Below, one piece after another: positions 27,979 to 39,622 of a DNA stretch of 64,000 nt. Under the pieces are notes generated by a model that was given only the letters and a program-made list of their open reading frames with translations, searched no databases and was not told where the DNA came from. Source of the stretch: Candidatus Latescibacterota bacterium (lineage in GTDB: Bacteria; Latescibacterota; UBA2968; UBA8231). Position numbers and translations under genes: made by a program. The stretch lies in NCBI GenBank assembly GCA_965203355.1, contig OZ241889.1, forward strand, positions 1,216,001-1,280,000. Reading direction: 5' to 3'. Numbering within the stretch: position 1 is the first letter of the stretch; each line of letters starts with the position of its first letter.

Positions 27979-29747
27979 TATCCTGAGTACTCCACGGCTA
28001 CCACGCGCTCGTCTAACTCGCGTTGCAACTTTTCCACTTGTTCCGCTATGTAATCTGCCGCCTGCTCAGCCGGTGTTTCGCGCCGCTCTTTCTCGCGCCG
28101 CAGCACGACCTCGACAATCCCCCGCTGTAACCCGCGATCCCCCACCGTCACCCGCACTGGAATCCCAATCAGATCGGCGTCGTTGAACTTGACCCCGGGA
28201 TTTTCGCGGCGGTCGTCGAGCAGCACTTCAAGGCCGCGCTGCGCCAAGTCGGCGTAGAGTTGTTCGCCCGCGTCTTGCGCTGCGCCTTGGCCCTTGGCGA
28301 GGAGGACGATGTGGACTTGGTAGGGTGCGACGGCAATGGGCCACACCAAGCCGTCTTCGTCGTGATGCTCCTCGGCGATACAGGCCAGCAGCCGCCCCAC
28401 GCCGATCCCGTAAGACCCCATGACGACGGGCCGCGCTTTGCCCTCGGCGTCGAGGAAATCACCGCCGAGGGCCTCGGTGAATTTGGTGCCGAGTTGGAAG
28501 ATGTTGCCGACTTCCACCCCGCGCGATTCGCGCAGGGCCGCGCCGCAGTTAGGGCAGCCGTCGCCCTGCCCGGCGGCGGCGATGTCGGCGACCACGTTGG
28601 CTGTGTAGTCGCGGCCGTAGTTTACATGGGCGAGGTGATAGCCCGGCTCGTTGGCACCGGCTACCAAGTTGGGCGAGGACGCCACTGAGTCATCGACGAC
28701 GACTAGGGCCCCTTCGACGCCGACGGGCGATCCATAGCCCGGCTCCGCCCCCACGGCGCGTATTTCCTCTTCTCGCGCCGGCCACATTTCGAGGGCACCG
28801 ACCGCGTTGGCCAGCTTGGTCTCGTTGACTTCGAGGTCGCCGCGGATGACTGCGAGGACCAACGCATCCTTTTTGTCTTGCCCGTCGCCAACGGTAGCCA
28901 TCCTAAAGAGTGCCTTGGCCGTCTTGTACGCCGGGATGCCGAGCAGCGCGGTCAGCGCCTCAATGGTCGTGGTGTTGGGCGTGGCGATTTGCTCGAGCGC
29001 GGCCGGTGCTTCGGCCGGGTTGGGCTGTTTGGCGAAGGTGGCGATTTGGCGGTTGGCCGCGTATCCGCAGCCATCGCACAAGAGCAGCGTGTCTTCGCCG
29101 ATCGGGGTCAGGTACATGTATTCGTGGGCCAGTTCGCCGCCCATCATTCCGGTGTCCGAGCGCACCGCCAGGACCTCGAGGCCGCAGCGATGGAAGATGT
29201 TGAAATAGCGCTGATAATGGGCGCGGTATTGCTTTTCGAGGCCCGGCCAGTCGGCATCGAGGCTGTAGGAGTCCTTCATGGTGAACTCGCGCACCCGGAT
29301 GAGGCCCGAGCGGGGGCGGGGATCGTCGCGCCACTTGGTCTGGATGTGATAGACTAACTGGGGCAGTTGCTTGTAGGATTTGATCTCGCGGCTGACTAAG
29401 TCGGCTACGACTTCCTCGTGGGTCATGGCCAGCACCATGTCGCGGTCGTTTTTGTCGCGGAAGCGACCCATCTCCGCGCCGACGGCGTACCAACGCCCGG
29501 TCCGCTGCCAGAGTTCGGCCGGATGCACCACCGGCATGGTGATCTCCTGGCCGCCGATGGCGTCCATTTCGCGGCGGATAATGTCTTCGATCTTGCGCAT
29601 GGACCGCTGCGCCAGCGGCAAATAGCTGAAGATGCCGCTGGCCAGCGGGCGGATAAAGCCGGCGCGGAGCAAGAGCCGATGGCTGGCGACTTCTACGTCG
29701 GCGGTGACTTCGCGCAAGGTCTGGCTGAAAAGCCGACTCATTCGCAT
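27978..29747 (-). CDS. proS: Proline--tRNA ligase
   Basis: SHRLLLRAGFIR, THEE, RPRSGLIRVREF, EVGNIFQLG, MGSYGIGVGR; INS editing domain. Confidence 0.97.
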   Translation of the reverse strand: MRMSRLFSQTLREVTADVEVASHRLLLRAGFIRPLASGIFSYLPLAQRSMRKIEDIIRREMDAIGGQEITMPVVHPAELWQRTGRWYAVGAEMGRFRDKNDRDMVLAMTHEEVVADLVSREIKSYKQLPQLVYHIQTKWRDDPRPRSGLIRVREFTMKDSYSLDADWPGLEKQYRAHYQRYFNIFHRCGLEVLAVRSDTGMMGGELAHEYMYLTPIGEDTLLLCDGCGYAANRQIATFAKQPNPAEAPAALEQIATPNTTTIEALTALLGIPAYKTAKALFRMATVGDGQDKKDALVLAVIRGDLEVNETKLANAVGALEMWPAREEEIRAVGAEPGYGSPVGVEGALVVVDDSVASSPNLVAGANEPGYHLAHVNYGRDYTANVVADIAAAGQGDGCPNCGAALRESRGVEVGNIFQLGTKFTEALGGDFLDAEGKARPVVMGSYGIGVGRLLACIAEEHHDEDGLVWPIAVAPYQVHIVLLAKGQGAAQDAGEQLYADLAQRGLEVLLDDRRENPGVKFNDADLIGIPVRVTVGDRGLQRGIVEVVLRREKERRETPAEQAADYIAEQVEKLQRELDERVVAVEYSG

Positions 29748-30493
29748 GTTGGGTTTCCTTTCTTCGTTGATTGCAAGGCCGAGCCGCGGCGCGTTTTTTG
29801 CCGGGCCACCGCGCGCATCGCTCGGTACATACACGACAGCGACACCAACACCCAAATTAAGGCAATCAGATACGCCAGATAGGGCATCTGTAGTGGATCT
29901 ATGCCCCAATAGTCCGATAATATCCCGGCGTCCGTCCGTTCTGGATGGTACCACAAGTCGGTGCGGAAGTCGTAGAGACTGTACAGGCACAGCATCACCC
30001 CCATCCACACCGCGCCGATGCTCGCCAGCCGCCGCGACTTGCCGGCCATGATGCACAAAGCCAACCCGCCGCCGATCCCCAACGCGAAATCAACGCCTCC
30101 GGCCGCCAGCGGCGTATAGATCAGGGTCATCCCCGCGCAGGTCGCGCCAACGCACAGCAACACCAATCGCTGCGCCTGCGGATAAAGCGAGGTGTACATC
30201 AGCAAGGCTCCCCACAGCGCGGACCCTACGTAGCCGGCCGCGCTAATCAGCGGGAAGAAGCCCCCCTTAGTCAAGGTGTGCCCGGACTCGTTCCAATGGG
30301 TGCGGATTTCGAGGACTTCGCCGCCGGTGAGCAGGGCCGCTGCCGCGTGATTGACCTCGTGGACCAGCACCACAAAGAAGCGGAACGGCTTGATCAGCGC
30401 CGTGTCCCAAAAGGCGAGTGCCAGCGCCGTGCAGAGGAGATAGTAGCGAAATTGCCAGAAGATTTCGGCGATGTAGCGGATGCGGTGGAACAT
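29738..30493 (-). CDS. M50-family (M50B-like) membrane metallopeptidase
   Basis: HEVNH, AGYVGS, TDA motifs and multiple TM helices. Confidence 0.85.
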   Translation of the reverse strand: MFHRIRYIAEIFWQFRYYLLCTALALAFWDTALIKPFRFFVVLVHEVNHAAAALLTGGEVLEIRTHWNESGHTLTKGGFFPLISAAGYVGSALWGALLMYTSLYPQAQRLVLLCVGATCAGMTLIYTPLAAGGVDFALGIGGGLALCIMAGKSRRLASIGAVWMGVMLCLYSLYDFRTDLWYHPERTDAGILSDYWGIDPLQMPYLAYLIALIWVLVSLSCMYRAMRAVARQKTRRGSALQSTKKGNPTCE

Positions 30494-30502
30494 GGCGCAC
30501 CG

Positions 30503-32416
30503 CTAGCTGCGAATCTCAGCCCGGATCAGCGCGACGGCTTCGGCTAGCGGGAGCGGGTCGAGTTGTGCGCCGGATCGCTGCCGGATCGCCACCTTGCCCT
30601 GTTCAACTTCGCGGTCTCCGGCAATAAGCATATAGGGCACCTTCTGCGTCTGGGCTTGGCGGATGCGCTTGTTGAGGGTTTCGCTGGCCGCGTCGAGTTC
30701 GGCTCGGATCCCGGCGGCGAGAAGCTGCTGGTGGAGCTGGCCTCCGTACTCGGCGTGGCGCTCGGCAATGGGCAACACGACCGCTTGCACCGGGGCCAGC
30801 CACACCGGGAAGGCCCCGGCGTAGTGTTCGATCAAGAAGCCGATGAAGCGCTCGTGCGTACCCAGCGGTGCGCGGTGGATGCAGATGGGCGTCTCCTCTT
30901 GGCCGGCTGCGTTGGTGTACGTCAAGCCGAAGCGGCCGGGCACGGCAAAATCAACTTGGTTGGTGGCTATGGTAAACTGCCGCCCGATGGTGCTCCAAAC
31001 TTCAACATCGATCTTCGGCCCGTAAAAGGCGGCTTCGTCGGGCACCTCCTCGTAGTTGATCCCGCCCCGCGCCATGGCCCCGCGCACCATGTCCTCGGTG
31101 CGGAGCCACCACTCGGGATTATCGACGTACTTGGCCCCTAGCCCCGCGGGCGCATGGGTGCTCAAGCGCATCAGGTAATTCTCCAAGCCGAACCGCTCGA
31201 AATAGCGCAGATACATCTGGCAGACGGCGAGAAATTCCTCCTCAAATTGGTCGAGAGTGCAGTAGATGTGCGCGTCGTTCATCTGCAACGAGCGCACGCG
31301 CATCAAGCCGAATAACTCGCCCGACTGCTCGTAGCGATAGCACGTGCCGTATTCGGCCAAGCGCAGGGGCAAGTCGCGGTACGAGCGCGGGGCCGCGGCG
31401 AAAATTTTGTGGTGGTGGGGGCAGTTCATGGGCTTGAGATAGTACTGGACCCCTTCCAACTCCATTGGCGGGAACATGGACTCGGCATAATACGGCAAGT
31501 GGCCGCTGCGCCGATACATGGACTCTTTGCAGATGTGCGGTGTGCGCACGCGCTGATAGCCGGCTGCGCGTTCGGTTTTGCGGGCCAAGTCCTCCAGCTC
31601 GTCGATGAGCACCGCTCCCTTCGGCAGCCACAGGGGCAAGCCCGGCCCCACTTCGTCGTCAAAGGTGAACAACTCCAGTTGCTTGCCCAGGGTGCGGTGG
31701 TCGCGCTTTTTGGCTTCCTCCAGCATTGCCAGATGGTGGTCGAGGGCCTCGCGCGTGGCAAAGGCCGTGCCGTAGATGCGCTGCAGCATCTTGCGGCGCT
31801 CGTCGCCGCGCCAATAGGCTCCAGCCACGCTCAGGAGCTTGAAGTGCTTGATTTGTCCAGTGCCGAGCATGTGCGGCCCCCGGCACAAGTCGATGAACTC
31901 GCCATCTTTGTAAAAGGACAAGGGCTGGTCTGCTGCCAAGTCGGCGAGGATCTCCTGTTTGTACGGGGCGTTGGCGACCCGCTCTTCCGCTTCTTGGCGC
32001 TGCACATCGATCCGCTCGAACTTGTGGTTTTGCTTGACGACCCGCTTCATCTCGCGCTCGATCTTCTGCAAGTCTTCGGGCGTGAACGGCTCGGCCACGT
32101 CGAAGTCGTAGTAGAAGCCGTCGTCAATGGCCGGGCCGATGGCCAGTTGCGCGTCTGGGAAGAGGCGCAGCACGGCCTGCGCCAACACGTGCGACATGCT
32201 GTGGCGGTAGATCCAGGCGGCCTCATCGGCATGCCAGGGGATGAGCTCGACTTCTGCGTCGCGGCTGAGCGGGGTGTGGAAGTCGATGCGCTCGTCGCCG
32301 GCGCGGGCGGCAATGTATTGCTTTAAGAGTTCCTTGTTCTCTTGGGCGAGGATCTCCTTGAGCGCACCCTCGCCAGCGTATTCAATGACCGGTCCTTGGG
32401 GAACCTTGATCAGCAT
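30503..32416 (-). CDS. thrS: Threonine--tRNA ligase
   Basis: RHSMSHVLAQAV, DLCRGPH, KPMNCPHH, AAFYGPKID, HRAPLGTHERF. Confidence 0.97.
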   Translation of the reverse strand: MLIKVPQGPVIEYAGEGALKEILAQENKELLKQYIAARAGDERIDFHTPLSRDAEVELIPWHADEAAWIYRHSMSHVLAQAVLRLFPDAQLAIGPAIDDGFYYDFDVAEPFTPEDLQKIEREMKRVVKQNHKFERIDVQRQEAEERVANAPYKQEILADLAADQPLSFYKDGEFIDLCRGPHMLGTGQIKHFKLLSVAGAYWRGDERRKMLQRIYGTAFATREALDHHLAMLEEAKKRDHRTLGKQLELFTFDDEVGPGLPLWLPKGAVLIDELEDLARKTERAAGYQRVRTPHICKESMYRRSGHLPYYAESMFPPMELEGVQYYLKPMNCPHHHKIFAAAPRSYRDLPLRLAEYGTCYRYEQSGELFGLMRVRSLQMNDAHIYCTLDQFEEEFLAVCQMYLRYFERFGLENYLMRLSTHAPAGLGAKYVDNPEWWLRTEDMVRGAMARGGINYEEVPDEAAFYGPKIDVEVWSTIGRQFTIATNQVDFAVPGRFGLTYTNAAGQEETPICIHRAPLGTHERFIGFLIEHYAGAFPVWLAPVQAVVLPIAERHAEYGGQLHQQLLAAGIRAELDAASETLNKRIRQAQTQKVPYMLIAGDREVEQGKVAIRQRSGAQLDPLPLAEAVALIRAEIRS

Positions 32417-32433
32417 GACGTGCTCCTTGGCAT

Positions 32434-32469
32434 AAAAAACCCCCGCTGTCATTGGAGCCGACAGCGGGG
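32434..32469 (-). terminator. Attenuator terminator upstream of thrS
   Basis: mRNA CCCCGCUGUC-9 nt loop-GACAGCGGGG followed by GUUUUUU. Confidence 0.9.
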
Positions 32470-32499
32470 AGCGGTTGCAAAATAAACTTTAGTCCGTCG

Positions 32500-32580
32500 C
32501 TATCCGGCGCACAGGATCGTCGTAGTGGTGGTGGTGGTAGCGGAAGCCGTCGGCCCCGATGCAGAAGCGACTGTAAGCAT
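32500..32580 (-). promoter_or_regulatory. Thr-rich leader peptide (thrL-like) MLTVASASGPTASATTTTTTTILCAG
   Basis: 26 codons, 9 Thr including 7 consecutive, directly upstream of the terminator and thrS. Confidence 0.9.
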
Positions 32581-32621
32581 GGCCAAAAAATACCGGTAGC
32601 GGTCTGATTGTGCAAGAGCCG

Positions 32622-34112
32622 TTACGTCAGTTCGTAGTGGGAGCGATCGGGCCGGGGCACGGGGTGGCCGTCCTCGGTGTTGATGCTCCAGTCGGCTAGC
32701 CGTAGGCGCATGGCGGCCAGGGCGTCGCGGTGTTGCTCTTCGTCGATCACATTGACCCATTCGTTTGGGTCGGCGCCGAGGTCGTAGAGTTCGTCGCGGT
32801 CTCCCATGGGGTCGTGGACGTATTTCCATTCGCGGGTGCGGACCATTTTGCACCGGCCGGCGGCCTCGCGCCACTGCAAGGTATCAATCAAGGTTTTGCG
32901 GCCCCAAGGTTGAGGCAACTTTGCCAAATCGGCCAGGGTAAAGAGCGGCCCCCCACAGCCATATTCGGAAAAGGTCGCGTCTCGGGGGGCCGCGTCGGTT
33001 GCGGTGGGCAGCGGCGTTCCGTGCATTGAGCGCGGTTGTGCCATCCCCTGCAAGTGCAACAGCGTCGGCACCACGTCAATTAGGTTGGCCATGCTTTGGT
33101 CGCGCACACCAGCGGCGACCTGTCCGGGCCAAGAGACGATCAGCGGCACCCGCGTCAAGCTGTCGTAGAAGACCCCGCCCTTGCACTGCATGGCGTGTTC
33201 GCCCATAAAGTCGCCGTGATCCGAACAAAAGACCACAATCGTCTGCTCCCGCAGCCCCAGTTCGTCGAGCTTGTCGAGGATTTGGCCGAGCGCGTCGTCG
33301 ATAAAGCGCACCATGCCAAAGTACGAGGCCATGACGCCGTAGAGGTCTTCGCTGGGGTCGCGGCGCACTCCCAGCATTTGATAGAGCGCTCGGTTGCGCT
33401 CGGGCGCGCGCGCGTCGTCGAATTCGCCATCGCGCCACCGGGGCAGGTCAATGGCCGAAGGCGGGAACAAGGATGCGTACTCGGCCGGGCACAGCCACGG
33501 CTCGTGCGGGTCGGGAAAGGAGACCCACAGGGCAAAGGGCTGGTCTTGGTGCTTCTCGATAAAGCGCGTCGTCTGCCCGGCGATCAGGCCGGTAGAGTGG
33601 TCTTCCAACGGCAGGTCGGAGGTACCGTAGCTGAAGCGGGGGTTCTGGTGGGCGAGCTGGCGATGCTCGGCGGCGACCTTGCGGCGGCCTGCTGCGGGCC
33701 GGAACCAGTCCATGCCGCGCGTCTGCGGCCCCTCGTCGCGCCCACCGTGAGTAAAGGCATTCCACACGTCGAAGAGCGCCAAATCTTCTTCCCGCTCAAA
33801 GCAGTGGTTTTTGCCGATCAGGCCCGTGGCGTAGCCGGCCCTTTTCCATAGCTGCCAAGCGTGCGTGGCACCGGCGGGCATCAAGGTTTGATTGCGTCGG
33901 CCGCCGTGCGAGTGGGGAAACTGCGAGGTCCAAAACGAGATGCGCGCTGGCACGCAGAGCGGGTGCGGGGTGATTGCGTTTTCAAAGAGTACGCCGTCGG
34001 CGGCGAGGCGTTCCATGGACGGGGTTCGGCAGAAGGTGTTGCCGTAGAGATGGCTGGCCGTGGCGCGTTGTTGATCGGTCATTATGACGAGGATGTTGGG
34101 GCGGTCGGTCAT
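32622..34112 (-). CDS. Sulfatase (formylglycine-dependent, Cys type)
   Basis: PNILVIMTDQQR, CVPAR, GKNH, PHEP, SDHGD. Confidence 0.93.
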   Translation of the reverse strand: MTDRPNILVIMTDQQRATASHLYGNTFCRTPSMERLAADGVLFENAITPHPLCVPARISFWTSQFPHSHGGRRNQTLMPAGATHAWQLWKRAGYATGLIGKNHCFEREEDLALFDVWNAFTHGGRDEGPQTRGMDWFRPAAGRRKVAAEHRQLAHQNPRFSYGTSDLPLEDHSTGLIAGQTTRFIEKHQDQPFALWVSFPDPHEPWLCPAEYASLFPPSAIDLPRWRDGEFDDARAPERNRALYQMLGVRRDPSEDLYGVMASYFGMVRFIDDALGQILDKLDELGLREQTIVVFCSDHGDFMGEHAMQCKGGVFYDSLTRVPLIVSWPGQVAAGVRDQSMANLIDVVPTLLHLQGMAQPRSMHGTPLPTATDAAPRDATFSEYGCGGPLFTLADLAKLPQPWGRKTLIDTLQWREAAGRCKMVRTREWKYVHDPMGDRDELYDLGADPNEWVNVIDEEQHRDALAAMRLRLADWSINTEDGHPVPRPDRSHYELT

Positions 34113-34133
34113 GGTGGGTTCCTTGTGGTGAGC

Positions 34134-34326
34134 TCAGAATAGGTGCTGCTGAGGGTCAGCCGGGATTGGGAACACCCCGACAATGACCCATGGATTAGGG
34201 GCGACTTGGTGAAATCGCTGTGTCGTTCCGAGAAAAAAGTGAAGGTCGGTCTTCAGGAATGTGTCGAAGTACTTTCGGATAGGTCTTAACAGCGACGAGG
34301 ATGCGTTGTTTTTCCGTAATTGTCAT
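34134..34326 (-). pseudogene. Internally deleted remnant of a DUF488-partner gene
   Basis: MTITEKQRILVAVKTYP joined out of frame to KYFDTFLKTDLHFFLGTTQRFHQVAPNPWVIVGVFP...stop; ATG overlaps the DUF488 stop. Confidence 0.65.
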
Positions 34327-35309
34327 AAATGTATCACGGTGTAACTCTGCTCTACAGTATGGTATCGTGCGGCTTGAGCAAACAGATCTTTCTGGTCAAG
34401 TATCCGGCAGAGCGCGTCGGCGACACCGTGCCGATGGCATTGGTCGGCCTCATGTTCGTAACAGGTGAGCGCGACAGATTCGCCCAATCTCAGCCAAGCG
34501 CAGATTTTTGCCAAAGCATCGCCCTGTTTCGGAAGGCTTTTGCGCTCGTATGTCCTGAAAAGAGCGTCGAAATCTGCTTGGGATTCTAAGCCCCGGCGTT
34601 GCCGTGATTCAATTCCGAGTTCGGGCAGGTGTTCGTAGCGAATGCCGACTCCATCGCCTGCCTTGGCAAGTGTTTTTTTAGAAAAGCCGTATTTGCGGCT
34701 GATGGCGTTCTGTCGAACATCGCAAAGGACGGTCACGCTTGCTTGGAGTAACGCATTGAGATAGCGCTCTAAAGTTCTTCCCTCGTACCCGATAGTCAAA
34801 AGCCGAGATGGGGTTCCTGCCGGGTGAGCGGACTTGATGCGATTGAGCGCGGCTTCATCGCTTTTGAGCACCTGCTTGGCAATGGTACTGTGGATCGCGT
34901 AATAAGGATGCTTGCGATAGGTTTCTGCGATGAGTGCCTCGCCTCGTAGCCTGTGGTAGCGCCGCGCAAATACGCGCATCGAATCGTCTTGGTTTTCGCG
35001 GGCGATGCGCTTGCCCTTCTCAGTGAGTATCCAATGCTGGTGATCGTCGATCAGCAGACCGCAATTGACGAGGCGGCGGCGGTCTGCATAGCACGTGAAC
35101 GAGCAAGCTCCATATTGGTAGGGCACGAATTCGTAGGGACTTGTTTGGTCGGAGGGGAACAACTCCTTGCAGTAGAGGAATAAGAGTTTCTGGAAGTCTC
35201 GGTTGCCCGTGTTGCCCCCAAGCACGTCAAGCAGTGCGAGGAGCAGCCGCTGGCGCGAGTACAGTCGGAATGTCCCTTTTTTATTAACTGCTTGAACTGG
35301 AGTTTTCAT
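34323..35309 (-). CDS. DUF488-domain protein with N-terminal winged-helix-like domain
   Basis: FQKLLFL, YEFVPYQYG; LTIGYEG, CDVR, SRKYGFSK, YEHLPELG, TCYE..CHR. Confidence 0.85.
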   Translation of the reverse strand: MKTPVQAVNKKGTFRLYSRQRLLLALLDVLGGNTGNRDFQKLLFLYCKELFPSDQTSPYEFVPYQYGACSFTCYADRRRLVNCGLLIDDHQHWILTEKGKRIARENQDDSMRVFARRYHRLRGEALIAETYRKHPYYAIHSTIAKQVLKSDEAALNRIKSAHPAGTPSRLLTIGYEGRTLERYLNALLQASVTVLCDVRQNAISRKYGFSKKTLAKAGDGVGIRYEHLPELGIESRQRRGLESQADFDALFRTYERKSLPKQGDALAKICAWLRLGESVALTCYEHEADQCHRHGVADALCRILDQKDLFAQAARYHTVEQSYTVIHL

Positions 35310-35390
35310 AGTCAAGTGGCTATTGATTAGTCGACCTTGTTTAGTTACGCCTAGCGATTTTTCCCTGTCAACAGCCTCTTTGCCTATCCT

Positions 35391-36261
35391 CTACCGTTCC
35401 CACAATTCGCTCAGCGGCACGGCGAGTATGCGCTCACCGGCTAGCGGGAGCAGGTCGCGGCCGGTGTAGAGCAGTACCCCAAACTCGAAATGCTCACCGC
35501 AGCGATGGGCCAGCCGAACAAGCCCTTGCCCGTCTTTGGAAGTGAGGGCGCTGGTGGCCTTGACCTCAATGCCCCAAGTCTTCTGGCCCCGCGTAAGGAC
35601 TACATCGACCTCCACCTGATCCTTGTCGCGATAGTGCCAAAAACGCAGGTCCGGCTCTGTCCAGGTGGCTTGGGCTATGAGTTGCTGCACCACAAAGGAC
35701 TCCAATAGATGCCCCATGCGGTCCCGATGGTTGAGCCAATCGGCCGCAGTCAGGTCTGCGAGGGTCGCCGCTAGCCCGCTGTCGAGCAGATGGATCTTTG
35801 GCGTTTTGACGAGCCGTTTGGCCGGGTTGCGGTGCCATGCGGGCAGGCGTCGAACCAGAAAGAGCCGTTCAAGCACGGCGATATAGTGGTCCCGCCAGAG
35901 ATTCGGTAACGGTCGGCACCAGCAATAGATTGGCCGAGCCGGTCAGCAGAAAACGCCCGGGGCGGCGGTCTTGGTCTACGGCGCGTTTGATGGCCGAGAG
36001 CAGTGCTGGCACTCGTTGTACCTCGTCCAAGGTCACCGCCTCTGGCAGGTTGGCGACCAAACCGTCTGGGTCGGCCCCAGCGGTCTGATAGTAGTTGTGC
36101 TCGTCTAAGCTGATGAACGCCCGGTCCGGCGCGAGTTGCCGCACAAGCGTAGTTTTCCCACTCTGCCGTGGCCCAAGCAGACAGACCACTGAGGTATCTG
36201 CCAGAGCCTCTCGGAGAACGGGTGTCAGAGAGCGGGGAAACAGGGAATGGTCGGCGTCCAT
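35391..36261 (-). pseudogene. AAA_14 + DUF4143 ATPase/nuclease, internally deleted and frameshifted at ~35891
   Basis: GPRQSGKTT, LDEVQ, LTGSA, ESLAG then out-of-frame HYIAVLERLFL..KTPKIHLLDSG..ESFV..EVDVV..IEVK; middle region absent. Confidence 0.85.
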
Positions 36262-36312
36262 TTGTCGATTGAAAGAGCGTCCAATTGTCGGTTGAAAGAG
36301 CGTCCAATTGTC
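36254..36312. repeat. 23-bp tandem repeat (~2.5 copies) over the start of the AAA-DUF4143 gene
   Basis: GCGTCCATTTGTCGATTGAAAGA / GCGTCCAATTGTCGGTTGAAAGA / GCGTCCAATTGTC. Confidence 0.85.
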
Positions 36313-36439
36313 TAATGACAATCTGGGGAAAGAGGACGCGGCGAGCAAGATGGATAATTGAACTATAAACTCCGTTGCGATTTTTCTATGCGATTCGACC
36401 CGCATCCTCCAGTTTGCGCTCGTCGGCCAGCGGGAGCCG

Positions 36440-38074
<1,635 letters not shown>

Positions 38075-38091
38075 AAATGGCGCTCCTTGTG

Positions 38092-39141
38092 CTAAACGCT
38101 TGGGAGGATGGCTCCGACCCGCTGAGCGCAATCGAGGATTTGTCGCCAAGTTGCTTCCTCGATGGCTACGCCAGCTTGGCGTCGCTGTCGCTCGCGCTTT
38201 TCCAATTCTCCGGGCAGCAGGATGGCATCGACGCCGTCGGCCTTGGGCGAAGCCCGCAAATAGTCCGCAAAAGCGCGCACTTGGGCCGAGTACTCGGCGA
38301 ATGGCTGGAAGCACGCAATGTCGATGACCAGCAGGAAGCAGCCGTTGCCGATCCGCGCCTTTCGGCTCCGCGCACAGCCCGCCCCGCTCAGCGCCCCGCC
38401 CAACAGCTCAACCACCACCCCGAGTCCGTAGCCCTTGTGGCCCATGAGGCCGCCAAAGGGCAAGAGGCTGCCGCGCGGTTCGTCGTAAAAATCCGCCGGA
38501 TCGGTCGATGGCCGGCCAGCCGCGTCGATGATCCATCCTGCGGGAACGGGTTCGCCGCGGTTGCGCTTGACCCGCACCTTGCCCTCGGCTACTAGGCTGG
38601 TCGTGATATCCAGCACGAGGGCGTCGCCCGCTCCGTCGGGCCAGCCGCCCGCCAGCGGGTTGGTGCCCAAGCGACCGGCGATGCCACCCCAAGGAGCCAC
38701 GCTGGCGCCGCCGCCGTGCGAGTTGGCGCAGAGTAGGCCGATCATGTTGGCGGCGGCGACGCGCTCCACATAGCTGCCGAGGCGACCGATGTGGTTGGCG
38801 TTTTTGACGGTTATGGCCGCGACCCCGCTGTTGCCGGCGCGCTCTAAGCCCATTTCCACGGCTTGATTCATCGCGACTTGCCCAAATCCCCAGTGCCCGT
38901 CGAGCACGGCCGCAGCCGGGGTCTGGCGCACGACTTCGACCTCGGCGTGGGGAACGATCTCGCCCTTTTCGATGGTGCTTATGTATTGGGGAATGCGGAT
39001 GACGCCGTGCGAGTCGTGCCCCACGGCATTGGCGTCGGCCAGCAGCTTGGCGACGACCTCGGCGGCCGGGGGTGGCGCACCGGCCGCCGCGAAAATGGCG
39101 GTGCTGACTTGGCGCAAGTGGTCGATGGAAAATACGGGCAT
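38092..39141 (-). CDS. Ldh_2-family (malate/L-lactate/sulfolactate) dehydrogenase
   Basis: GHDSHGV, DGHWGFGQ, NHIGRLG, GTNP, HKGYGL. Confidence 0.9.
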   Translation of the reverse strand: MPVFSIDHLRQVSTAIFAAAGAPPPAAEVVAKLLADANAVGHDSHGVIRIPQYISTIEKGEIVPHAEVEVVRQTPAAAVLDGHWGFGQVAMNQAVEMGLERAGNSGVAAITVKNANHIGRLGSYVERVAAANMIGLLCANSHGGGASVAPWGGIAGRLGTNPLAGGWPDGAGDALVLDITTSLVAEGKVRVKRNRGEPVPAGWIIDAAGRPSTDPADFYDEPRGSLLPFGGLMGHKGYGLGVVVELLGGALSGAGCARSRKARIGNGCFLLVIDIACFQPFAEYSAQVRAFADYLRASPKADGVDAILLPGELEKRERQRRQAGVAIEEATWRQILDCAQRVGAILPSV

Positions 39142-39172
39142 AGTTATTGGGCGATTGACGATGCTAGCACGG

Positions 39173-39622
39173 CTAGCAGGTCTTGCGCCTGCTGCGCCGA
39201 GAGTTTGGCGCGCTGTCGGCCGGACTCAGCCAGATGGTATGCCCCAAGGGCTGCTCGGGGCCGCGCAGGAAAATTTTTAAGTGATCGTAGTAAAACATCG
39301 CGTCCCGGCGCGCGCCGGATGGGCCGCGCCATTCGCTTTGGTCCGGGGGAATCTGCTGGGCATCTAGGGTATCGTCGACGACTGCGGCCGCCACGTACAC
39401 GCAGTCGGCGTCCCACATCAGGTAGAGGTCGGCTTCGTGATCGGCCGGGCCGGTAAAAGCCCCGCGGACGCCCACGCGATCGCCTCCGGGGACTAGGCCG
39501 ATGCGCTCGGGTGCCCCCCACTCGACCAGTATGCCATCGAGCGTTGGCTTGGGATTGATCGGCTCGGCGCCGACTCCCGCGGCCATCAGGTATGCCCACG
39601 CGCCCCAGGCAGTGCGCGGCAT
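39173..39622 (-). CDS. Secreted protein with CBM9-like sugar-binding N-terminus, probably truncated
   Basis: Signal-like N-terminus, PTLDG.LVEW, LMWDADCVYVAAAVVDD; ends abruptly. Confidence 0.45.
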   Translation of the reverse strand: MPRTAWGAWAYLMAAGVGAEPINPKPTLDGILVEWGAPERIGLVPGGDRVGVRGAFTGPADHEADLYLMWDADCVYVAAAVVDDTLDAQQIPPDQSEWRGPSGARRDAMFYYDHLKIFLRGPEQPLGHTIWLSPADSAPNSRRSRRKTC

